Shown: positions 1 to 7,870 of the stretch, in pieces
Layout of the letters: each line of letters opens with the position of its first letter
Position numbering within the stretch: the first letter of the stretch is position 1
Assembly (NCBI GenBank): GCA_026991575.1
Contig: JALXBF010000036.1
Location: forward strand, 56,301 to 76,300
DNA from: Planctomycetota bacterium
GTDB taxonomy: Bacteria > Planctomycetota > Planctomycetia > JALXBF01
DNA length: 20,000 bases
Reading direction: 5' to 3'
Translations under genes and position numbers: made by a program
Notes under the pieces: generated by a model
The model's input: the letters and a program-made list of their open reading frames with translations, nothing else
Database searches by the model: none
Told to the model about the DNA's origin: nothing

Positions 1-834
1 AACGTAGCTCAGGAACTGCTCCAGTCGGTTGTGGTTCACGGCTCCGACACCTCCCCAGCGACCAGTTGTGCCTGCTGGCACCTCGAAGAACATCGCCATC
101 CCCTCCACCAGCCATAGCGGTGGGTCGGAGAACCGCTTCAGGAACCCAAGGTTGAAGGCAAGCTGATGGACGCCCTCGTGGGCAATGGTCGAGACATTCT
201 CCGGGCTCAGCCGACCGCGGGTGTACCGACCCGGCGGCAACACCTGGTGCAAGGCCAGCCGGTTGGTCTCCAGTGAGTAGTAGCCATTGATCCGCGGATC
301 GACCACCTCCAGCTCGCGGGCCGCGTAGTCGGCAAACTCATCGCGCGTGCGGAACAGAACTGCAACTAGCGGGAATCGGGCTCGCTGGATCGTAAAGCCG
401 CGTAGCCGGTAGTAGCGCGTGAACGCTGCGTAAAGCCGTTCAAGCATCGTGGCTGTCGCCTGGGCGTACGTCCGCTCCGTGTTGTAGACGACCAGGTAGT
501 GCCGCGACTGGAGCACCTGGAACGTCGGTCCGAATTCCGCTTCGAGCCGCGGGGCCAGCTCCGCGGGGGTCAACGGCCTCAGCGGTCGGTCGTCGATCTG
601 AACCTGCCGGACCTGGTCGCTGGCCAAGAGGTGCATCTGGCCATCAGGCGTGACCAACAGTAGCTCATCAGCCGTCTGCGCAAGCACCTTGCCGCAGAGC
701 TCCGCCAGCTGACCGCTCTCGCCACGCACAGACACCACATCGGCACGCAGGTCCACCCCCCTGCCGACGACACCCAGAGCTGGCGCGGCAAGCAGCAGAA
801 GCAATGGCAGCAACGATTGTGGCTTGATACGCAT
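1..834 (-). CDS. DUF1570-like secreted putative zinc metallopeptidase (3' end runs off window)
   Basis: Not in the ORF track; translated by hand from ATG 834: MRIKPQSLLPLLLLLAAPALG... (signal-like), GYYSLETNR, TIAHEGVHQLAFNLG (HExxH at 166-180), PLWLVEGMAMFFE. Frame stays open to base 1. Confidence 0.85.
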   Translation of the reverse strand, partial: MRIKPQSLLPLLLLLAAPALGVVGRGVDLRADVVSVRGESGQLAELCGKVLAQTADELLLVTPDGQMHLLASDQVRQVQIDDRPLRPLTPAELAPRLEAEFGPTFQVLQSRHYLVVYNTERTYAQATATMLERLYAAFTRYYRLRGFTIQRARFPLVAVLFRTRDEFADYAARELEVVDPRINGYYSLETNRLALHQVLPPGRYTRGRLSPENVSTIAHEGVHQLAFNLGFLKRFSDPPLWLVEGMAMFFEVPAGTTGRWGGVGAVNHNRLEQFLSYV

Positions 835-866
835 GGAACGGACCTGGATAAGCCCGCCTAGCCCGA

Positions 867-2048
867 TCATTCGCCCGTATTGTATGACGCCGCAGCAGGA
901 GCAGCCGACGGCCGTCGGCGACCGGGCGGCGGCAGCGCCTGCTGATGCCGCTGGCCCAACCGCTCGCCCCCCATGACCGGCACACGGTCCAGCTGGCTGC
1001 CGACCCATTGCAGTAGGTTGTACACAACGCTGGCCATGAAGCTTTCCACATGTGTCCCATCCGGATACGCAACCGCCTCGACCTTCACGCCCATGCGACT
1101 GGCCACATACAGAAACGACTCGATCTGGGCATCCAGGTTCATTTCGTCGCACCGTCCGTAGGCGACAAACAGCCGGTTGTGCCTTAAGTCCGGCCGGCGA
1201 CGCACCAAGATGTCGAGCGGATTCTCCTGAATGATCCGCCGCACGGCCGCCCGGCCGCGGCCCCAGACCGGGTAGATCACCCACCAGGCCCGCACCTTGA
1301 CCAACCCATGCCAGTATCGGCCGACGACGTCCAGGCCGGTGAAGTGATCACGCATGTGCCAGCAGTTCGGGTCAAAGTCGCCGAAGTAATTGCCGGTGCA
1401 GTCGACGTAGCGCAGGTTCAAGGGGGGTGAGACGGCTGCTACGATCCGGAACCGGTCCGGGTACTTGAGCACCATGTTGTACGCGCCAAAGCCCCCCATG
1501 GACCAGCCAGCCAAGATACGACGGGACGGGTCGCGGGTAACGGAGAAGTTCCGTTCCATGAAGCGGATAACATCTTCCAGTACGTACGTCTGGAACCGAC
1601 CGCGGCGTGAATCGATCCACCAGCTGCCCACGCCCACGTAGTAGAAGTCGCCGGAGATGCTGCCATCGGGGATGGCCGCGACCAGCGGCGGCAGGTCGCC
1701 GCGTCGGATTGCTTCGTCCAGCGCCGGCAACACGGTGTAGAGCGATTGTCGCTCATCGGCCATGTAACCGTGCAGCCAGATCAGCAGCGGGTAGCGTTTG
1801 CGGCGGTCGTAGCCGGGTGGCAAGTAGACGTACATGTCGCGCTTTTCGCCCAGAGCGGACGAGTAGAACCGGCGATCGGCGCCATGGTTGCGTGTCAGAT
1901 CGACCAGGGAACCGCCGAGCACCGGCACCGCAACCCCCCCGGCCAGGCAGGTGCTAGCCAGCCATGGGGACAGCGGCACCAGCAGAAGAAGGAGCAGCGG
2001 CAGCAGAGCGGACAGCCTCCACACCGGTGCGCGCCACAGTCGACTCAT
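867..2048 (-). CDS. Secreted alpha/beta-hydrolase, putative esterase family
   Basis: VYLPPGY, YPLLIWLHG, nucleophile elbow GWSMGG, C-terminal GTH. Hydrophobic signal-like stretch follows MSRLWR. Start placed at ATG 2048 (alternative 2060); the track's extension to 2231 looks non-coding. Confidence 0.85.
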   Translation of the reverse strand: MSRLWRAPVWRLSALLPLLLLLLVPLSPWLASTCLAGGVAVPVLGGSLVDLTRNHGADRRFYSSALGEKRDMYVYLPPGYDRRKRYPLLIWLHGYMADERQSLYTVLPALDEAIRRGDLPPLVAAIPDGSISGDFYYVGVGSWWIDSRRGRFQTYVLEDVIRFMERNFSVTRDPSRRILAGWSMGGFGAYNMVLKYPDRFRIVAAVSPPLNLRYVDCTGNYFGDFDPNCWHMRDHFTGLDVVGRYWHGLVKVRAWWVIYPVWGRGRAAVRRIIQENPLDILVRRRPDLRHNRLFVAYGRCDEMNLDAQIESFLYVASRMGVKVEAVAYPDGTHVESFMASVVYNLLQWVGSQLDRVPVMGGERLGQRHQQALPPPGRRRPSAAPAAASYNTGE

Positions 2049-2304
2049 GCCGGCCCTCATCTCACAGGTGCGTCCATACTGGGCGAAGGAAGCGGGTGCT
2101 GGGGCAAGGGAGCGGTTCTGATGCGACGTTCCCGGCAGGCACCGCCGCGCCGCCTCCGCCGGCACCGACCGCAGCCTCCGGTCCACGCCCTGCCTCGGCA
2201 ACAGATCCGCCTTGCCTTCTTTCGGCAGCAAGGCCGACGGGCCGCAACCGGAATCTGGTGAATCGGGAACGGTTTTGCGGGCTAGGATGGCTGGGAAAGA
2301 TCCG

Positions 2305-3069
2305 CTACAGAGCGCGCAGACGGATCCTGCGGAACTGCACTGTCATCGGCTTGCCCTGATGGAGCTGCAGTCCCAGGAGCCCGCTTCTGGCAGCGTGCAC
2401 GCGGTCACGGTCCTCAACCTCGACCATCGTCGTGCCGTTGATGATGTGCTTCAAGCGGTTACCGCGGGCCACGATTCGATAGCGGTTCCATTTGGTCGGG
2501 TCCAGGTTGGCCACGAGCTCTTTCGGGTCGCCCAGACTGCCAATCACCCGGCGTCGGAACGAGCGTCGGCCTCGACGAGGCTGCAAGAGCGGCTCTATGA
2601 TCACCTTCTGGCCCCGCAGCGCCAGGATGCCGCGGCCTCGTTCTTCGTACAGGATGCCGATGTACTGTTTGCTCAAGTCGATATCGGCCTGATAGCCGCC
2701 CAGCACCCAGCGGCCAACCTCGGGCAGCTCACGGCTACGGTACTGGATACCGGAATTCGCCCATCCTTGCTCCCCCTCCACCCGGAACTCAAGCTCCAGC
2801 TCGAAGTCGCCAACCTGGCCACCGCGCCAGATGATGAACGTGTTCCGTCGAAGCGGCCGCTCAGCAGTGGTCCGGCCTGTGATGGCACCGGCTTGAACGG
2901 ACCAGTAGTTCGGGTCACCGTCCCAACCCCGTAGCGTCTTCCCATCGAACAGCTCCCGCCAGCCGTTCTCGGCCTCGGCAGCCCCCGACACGAACACCGC
3001 CAGGGTGGCCATGAGCACACCAATCCCGGCTACCGCCACAGACGGACACCAGCTCAAAGAGCGCACCAT
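2305..3069 (-). CDS. DUF1080 family (3-keto-disaccharide hydrolase-like) secreted protein
   Basis: WRELFDGKTLRGW, DFELELEF, NSGIQYRS, GYQADI, WNRYRI, GLLGLQLH, VQFRRIRLR. N-terminal signal peptide; GGAGG upstream of ATG. Confidence 0.9.
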   Translation of the reverse strand: MVRSLSWCPSVAVAGIGVLMATLAVFVSGAAEAENGWRELFDGKTLRGWDGDPNYWSVQAGAITGRTTAERPLRRNTFIIWRGGQVGDFELELEFRVEGEQGWANSGIQYRSRELPEVGRWVLGGYQADIDLSKQYIGILYEERGRGILALRGQKVIIEPLLQPRRGRRSFRRRVIGSLGDPKELVANLDPTKWNRYRIVARGNRLKHIINGTTMVEVEDRDRVHAARSGLLGLQLHQGKPMTVQFRRIRLRAL

Positions 3070-3317
3070 GGTTGCAGCCTCCCGTTGGCTTGTATCCGAA
3101 GAAGCTCACCCCTAATGCTACTGCAAAGCATCACCTGGGCCGTGCCGCCCCCCACCACCGGTCGCTCGGACGCGAATCGATCCGCCGAGGCCGGATAGGA
3201 TTAATCCCCCCTGCCTGGCCGACGCCTGTTCGCCCCGGGCCCATTCCCCCCTGCCGTGCCGGGCACGCTGTAACAGCGCTCACCGACTGACTCTATCCCG
3301 GTATTTGAGGTACAACC

Positions 3318-4187
3318 ATGGTCTGTTGCTCCGGAAAAAGGATTCTCCCGCGTAGGACCGACGGGTTCACGCTGATCGAGCTGCTCGTGGTGATCGCCAT
3401 CATCGCCGTCATGGTCGCTCTGTTGCTGCCGGCCGTGCAGCATGCACGAGAGGCGGCACGGCGGGCTCGTTGCCGGAACCACCTGCGTCAGCTCGGCATC
3501 GCGTTGCATCGCTACCACGACGCGCATGGCGCGCTGCCACCGGGCTATCTCTGGTCGCCGGGCTATTCGCATGGCGGTTTCGGCTGGGGAGCCCTCATCC
3601 TGAGCCAGCTCGGCTACAGCAGGCTGTACAACGCGCTGAACTTCTCGTTGCCACTGTGGCACGCAGCGAACGCAACGATCGCTGTCCTGCAGCCTGGGGT
3701 CTTCCTGTGCCCGTCCGACGACACGTCGCTCGGAACGCTCGACCGCGAAGGTCTGCGGTACGGGCGGGCCAACTACGTCGGCAACTTTGGTCCCGGTGAT
3801 ATGGACGAGAATCCGGACGATCGCCGCGGCGTCTTCAGCCGCAACAGCTTCACGCGCTTTCGCGACATCACCGACGGACTTGCCCACACGTTCCTTGCCT
3901 CTGAACGGCACAACGACAAGTTCCTGTCCTTGAGTACGGGAGGCCACCTCTGGGCCGAAACGGTCTGGATCGGCGCAATCAAAGAAGGCGACGATGACGA
4001 CCACGCCCACACGACACTCTTCCAGACGGGCCACACCCCGAACAGTCCCTACATGGATGATCGTGACGTAGCGAGCAAACACATGGATGGGGCAAACTTC
4101 CTGTTCTGTGATGGATCGGTACGGTTTCTCAGTAACGACATCGATCTGGCGATCTATCGCGAACTTAGCTCGCGAGCGCCATTCTGA
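3318..4187 (+). CDS. DUF1559 prepilin-type N-terminal cleavage/methylation domain protein with H-X9-DG motif
   Basis: [79 protein letters not shown] upstream. Confidence 0.93.
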   Translation: MVCCSGKRILPRRTDGFTLIELLVVIAIIAVMVALLLPAVQHAREAARRARCRNHLRQLGIALHRYHDAHGALPPGYLWSPGYSHGGFGWGALILSQLGYSRLYNALNFSLPLWHAANATIAVLQPGVFLCPSDDTSLGTLDREGLRYGRANYVGNFGPGDMDENPDDRRGVFSRNSFTRFRDITDGLAHTFLASERHNDKFLSLSTGGHLWAETVWIGAIKEGDDDDHAHTTLFQTGHTPNSPYMDDRDVASKHMDGANFLFCDGSVRFLSNDIDLAIYRELSSRAPF

Positions 4188-4383
4188 TACCACCGACACC
4201 ACCCCCGTCACGCCTCCCCCCGGCCGAACCAGGCTCCGTGGCACCGAGCCGGCGGACGATACGGGCCATGCGCCAGCCGTGTGGGCTGACCGAGCCTCCG
4301 GCTACGCATGGCCCGGATTGTTTCCATTCAAGCTGACAGTGCCGCGGAGCATCTGCCTCCAGGCAGACCGCAGCTGCGTTCGC

Positions 4384-5400
4384 CTAGCTCTTCGTTTCCT
4401 GGCGCAACGCGATGTTGATGTACGCATGGATGTGCGGTGCACCGCGGAAGTGGAATACGGCCGTCGGCCCTTCGATCCGCCAGATGTCCCAAATGCCGTC
4501 GTTGCCTATGTCACCTTGCTTGTAGAACGCAATGTGCAGCGCATCCAGACCGCCTCCGGCCTCGATTATGGCCAGCGCCTCACGCCGGTCCGACTCGCGA
4601 TACGGTAGCAGGATGTCGTGAATCACTTCCCGCACCAAGGCCTTCTGATCGTCACTCAGCTCTGCAACTGGGATTCCCGGGCGTGGCGCATCCGGTGCGC
4701 GCAGCTGAACCGCGGTCTCCGGCGGCGCCTTCGGCAGCAGAGCCTTGGCCCGTTGCTTGCCATCCAGCATCTGGAACACCTGGTTGGCCCGCACCGCCTG
4801 GTACCAGAACACGTTGCCCGGATGCCCGGGCTTTTCGTTGAACTGGGGCGCGTGCCCATAAACGAGCGGTCCACCAAAGGCCTTACCCGGCACGCTGTCG
4901 CCATCACACCGCATCGTTACGTGCCGACCGGTCAACTCCCATTCGAACTTGCCACGCTCCGGATCACCAAAGATCGCACACGTGTACCGACCCAGCCCTC
5001 CCCAATCGTCCTTCATCTGGCGCATGAACCGCTCGAAGCCGTCCTCGGACGTGATGCTCCTGATGATCTCCTGCACGAGCCGCTGTTGGTCCTTGTTCAA
5101 GACGTCGCTGATGGGCAGGTCGACGATCTCCCAGTTCGGGGCCACCTTGTGCCGCCGGGGATCGTCCCAGGGCAGAACCAGAATCTCGCGCTGCTCCTTG
5201 GTCAGCGACCGGTACAGCTCTCTGACCAGCGACTCCCCGGTCTTCTTCGGCTTCGCCTCGCTAGCGGCCGCCTGTGCCGTATGCACCAGGCAGCCCGCTG
5301 CGGCGGTCGCCGTGACGGCCCGTCGCAGGAACTCACGCCGATCAACCAGTTCCCCACACTCCGGGCATCGCACCAACCGGGCATCGTGCTTGGCCGACAT
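4384..5400 (-). CDS. DUF3500-like protein with twin-arginine (Tat)-type leader
   Basis: DRREFLRR followed by an Ala-rich h-region; AIFGDP, WELTGRHVT, WRIEGP, HIHAY. ATG 5400 is preceded by GGAGG and preferred over the track start at 5499. Confidence 0.8.
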   Translation of the reverse strand: MSAKHDARLVRCPECGELVDRREFLRRAVTATAAAGCLVHTAQAAASEAKPKKTGESLVRELYRSLTKEQREILVLPWDDPRRHKVAPNWEIVDLPISDVLNKDQQRLVQEIIRSITSEDGFERFMRQMKDDWGGLGRYTCAIFGDPERGKFEWELTGRHVTMRCDGDSVPGKAFGGPLVYGHAPQFNEKPGHPGNVFWYQAVRANQVFQMLDGKQRAKALLPKAPPETAVQLRAPDAPRPGIPVAELSDDQKALVREVIHDILLPYRESDRREALAIIEAGGGLDALHIAFYKQGDIGNDGIWDIWRIEGPTAVFHFRGAPHIHAYINIALRQETKS

Positions 5401-5447
5401 CACACGTCCTCCGCTGGCGAGGTTCTCAGGCTCAGGCAGGCTCCTCC

Positions 5448-5477
5448 AGTTTAACAATGTCGCATGAACGCATGCAA
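5448..5477 (-). promoter_or_regulatory. Possible sigma70-type promoter for the DUF3500 gene
   Basis: Minus strand TTGCAT-N18-TAAACT with TG at the extended -10 position, in an AT-richer intergenic patch. Confidence 0.4.
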
Positions 5478-5508
5478 TTGCGTCGATAAAGTGCCGCACA
5501 GACCGGTC

Positions 5509-6393
5509 TCAGAGGGCGAGATCCAGCCAGGTGACCAGTAGCAAGCCGACGCTGATCACGGCGTTGACGTGGAAGAACGCGACGTTTGCTCGGGCCAGAT
5601 CGTTTGGTCGCACCAGGGCATGTTCGTAGACAAGCAGTCCAGCGATGAAAACTAACCCGGCCCGGTAGATCCATCCGAGCGGGAAGACCAGCGGGAGCAG
5701 AGCCAGCAGGACTACGGTCAGCAGGTGCAGCAGCGCAGCCACACGCAACGCGCGCGCAACGCCCAGTCGGGCTGGAATGCTGTAGAGCCCCACCCGCCGA
5801 TCGAACTCGACATCCTGGCAAGCATAGATGATGTCGAAGCCGGCCACCCAGGTCAGCACGGCGGCCCCGAGCAACACCGGCGGCCACTCAACCGTGCCGC
5901 GAATCGCAATCCAGGCGGCTAGCGGTGCCAGCATCAGCGACGCGCCCAGCCAAAGGTGCGACAGGGACGTGAACCGCTTGCTAAAGGAGTAACCCGAGAT
6001 AAACAGCAGCACGGGCACCGATAGCGCCAGTGGCAGCCAATTGTCGTTCGACACCACAAACAGCGTGCAGCTAGCCACGAACGCCACCGCGCAGCCGAGT
6101 GCAAAGGCGGCAACCTGGCCAACCGTGACGACTCCCCGCGGCAAATGACGGTTCGCGGTTCGGGGGTTTTGGGCATCGAAGGTACGGTCGGCCAACCGAT
6201 TGACCGCCATGGCGGTGCTTCGCGCGAAGACCATGCAGAGCAGGATGCCAAGCCAATCGAGCCAGCGGAAACCTCCCCCGTAGCGAGCGTCCACTACGGT
6301 GGCCATCGTGGCGGAGGCCAGGGCGAAGGGCAGCGCGAAGACCGTGTGGCTGAAGCGGATCAACTCCAGCATCGTGCGCAGCCAACCGAGCAT
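5509..6393 (-). CDS. ubiA: UbiA-family prenyltransferase, menaquinone/futalosine type (MqnP-like)
   Basis: IRFSHTVFALPFA, AMAVNRLADRTFDAQNPRTANRHLP, GFDIIYACQDVEFDR, AFFHVNAVIS; multiple TM segments. ATG 6393 has GGAGG upstream (alternative GTG 6426). Confidence 0.9.
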   Translation of the reverse strand: MLGWLRTMLELIRFSHTVFALPFALASATMATVVDARYGGGFRWLDWLGILLCMVFARSTAMAVNRLADRTFDAQNPRTANRHLPRGVVTVGQVAAFALGCAVAFVASCTLFVVSNDNWLPLALSVPVLLFISGYSFSKRFTSLSHLWLGASLMLAPLAAWIAIRGTVEWPPVLLGAAVLTWVAGFDIIYACQDVEFDRRVGLYSIPARLGVARALRVAALLHLLTVVLLALLPLVFPLGWIYRAGLVFIAGLLVYEHALVRPNDLARANVAFFHVNAVISVGLLLVTWLDLAL

Positions 6394-6426
6394 CTCGCAG
6401 CCCTCCACGGCCTGACGGTTCACCAC

Positions 6427-7251
6427 CTACGCTGTAGCTGCCAGGGGGCTTTCGAACTGCCAGCGGGGACACTGAGAGAAGAACGCGAGCGGGTTCTCGT
6501 AGACGATCTTCCGAATCGTCTCCTCGCTGTGCCCGCGCATGCGCATCTCGTGGATGAAGTCGGTAACCGCCAGCGGATTGGAGGGCCCCCAGTCGCCGGC
6601 AGAATTGACCATGATCCGCTCGGTTCCATACATCTCGACCATATCCGCGGCGCGCTGCGGAGTGCACTTGGTCACCGGGTACAGCGTCATTCCCACCCAG
6701 TAGCCTTCCTCCAGCGCATAGCGAATCGTGTGCTCCTCGACGTGGTCAATGAGTACCTTCTCTGGCCGAATGCGGCTGTCGCCGCGGAGCATGTCCAGGA
6801 TCATGCGCGTCCCCTGGTACTTGTCCTCCAGGTGGGGCGTATGCACCAGGATCAACTCGTTATGGCGGGCCGCCAGGTCCACTTGCTCCAGAAAAATGAT
6901 CGCCTCGTTGCGTGTGTTCTTGTTCAGCCCGATCTCGCCTACGCCCAAGCAGTTCGGACGGTCCAGGAACTCTGGCAGGATCGCGATCACCTCGCGCGCC
7001 AGGCTGACATTCTCGGCCTCCTTGGCGTTGATGCAGACCCAACAGTAATGCTTGATGCCGTACTGGGCGGCGCGCTTCGGTTCGAACTCGGTCAGATGCC
7101 GGAAATAGTCGCGGAAGCTCTCGGCCGAGCCCCGGTCGAAGCCGGCCCAGAATGCTGGTTCGCTGACGGCCACGCAGCCTGCCCGTGCCAACCGCTCATA
7201 GTCGTCCGTCACTCGAGAGACCATGTGATTGTGCGGATCGATGTAGTACAT
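6427..7251 (-). CDS. TatD-family metal-dependent hydrolase, EboB-like subfamily
   Basis: IDPHNH, SRVTDDY, EPAFW, GEIGL, VHTPH, IDH, NSAGDWG. GAGG RBS upstream. Confidence 0.88.
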   Translation of the reverse strand: MYYIDPHNHMVSRVTDDYERLARAGCVAVSEPAFWAGFDRGSAESFRDYFRHLTEFEPKRAAQYGIKHYCWVCINAKEAENVSLAREVIAILPEFLDRPNCLGVGEIGLNKNTRNEAIIFLEQVDLAARHNELILVHTPHLEDKYQGTRMILDMLRGDSRIRPEKVLIDHVEEHTIRYALEEGYWVGMTLYPVTKCTPQRAADMVEMYGTERIMVNSAGDWGPSNPLAVTDFIHEMRMRGHSEETIRKIVYENPLAFFSQCPRWQFESPLAATA

Positions 7252-7264
7252 GGCGGCACGCCTC

Positions 7265-7537
7265 TTACGGGTTTGTCGCGCTCAGGTCGAACTTCTGCTG
7301 CCAGTCCGGATCATACGGTCGGCTGAAGATGAGCTGGATCTCCTCGGCATAGTTGGTGCGCTCGCTGGCCAGCACCTCAAGGGCACGGCGGAGCTGGCCG
7401 ATGCGGGGATCGTTGCGCAGCTGCTCATCATCGCCCGGGGCTCGCCGGATGCGATCCAGGATCGCGGCCGCGTCGAGCAGTTTGCACCGAAGCTCAAGAA
7501 AATACCGCTCGAAAACTTCTTTCTTGGTCAACGGCAT
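7265..7537 (-). CDS. Small (90 aa) helical hypothetical protein
   Basis: MPLTKKEVFERYFLELRCKLLDAAAILDRI...AEEIQLIFSRPYDPDW. Amphipathic helix pattern, GGAG RBS, stop 13 nt before the tatD-like start. Confidence 0.8.
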   Translation of the reverse strand: MPLTKKEVFERYFLELRCKLLDAAAILDRIRRAPGDDEQLRNDPRIGQLRRALEVLASERTNYAEEIQLIFSRPYDPDWQQKFDLSATNP

Positions 7538-7582
7538 CGGCGGCACTCCAAGCAGTTGTCCGGTCTTTCCGCCTAATTCTTC

Positions 7583-7611
7583 ACGATAGCGCGCGGCCAC
7601 GCGCGGATCAA
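7583..7611 (-). promoter_or_regulatory. Putative sigma70-type promoter for small ORF-tatD-ubiA
   Basis: Minus strand TTGATC-N17-TATCGT about 45 nt upstream of ATG 7537. Confidence 0.5.
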
Positions 7612-7870
7612 CCGCCCCACTTGATCGCCCAAATACGGGCGATCGTCTCCGTCATGCACCCCCTCGTTGCGCGTGGTCATCCCTGGTCACGTAGGATCGG
7701 CCAATGCCGGCCAACCGGCGCCACGGCGTTGTTGCCCGATCGAATCGATCGGGTGGAGGAGCTCGCCAGATCACATCCGTCCCTTCACAGAGCCCCTCGC
7801 AGCCGGACTGCGTACCGGGCCATGGGAAGGGCAAGCCCCCCTGGCACAGCGGCGGCGGCCACCGAATGCA

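Noticed and set aside
3201..4244. 347-aa minus-strand ORF
   Set aside because: Antisense to the clear DUF1559 gene.
6427..7251. Calling this a complete ebo cluster or a canonical TatD DNase
   Set aside because: No eboA/D/E/F-like genes are in the window, the neighbouring UbiA is MqnP-like, and the canonical TatD ETD motif is replaced.
6145..7326. 393-aa plus-strand ORF
   Set aside because: Antisense shadow of the tatD-like and ubiA genes; no motifs; expected in GC-rich DNA.
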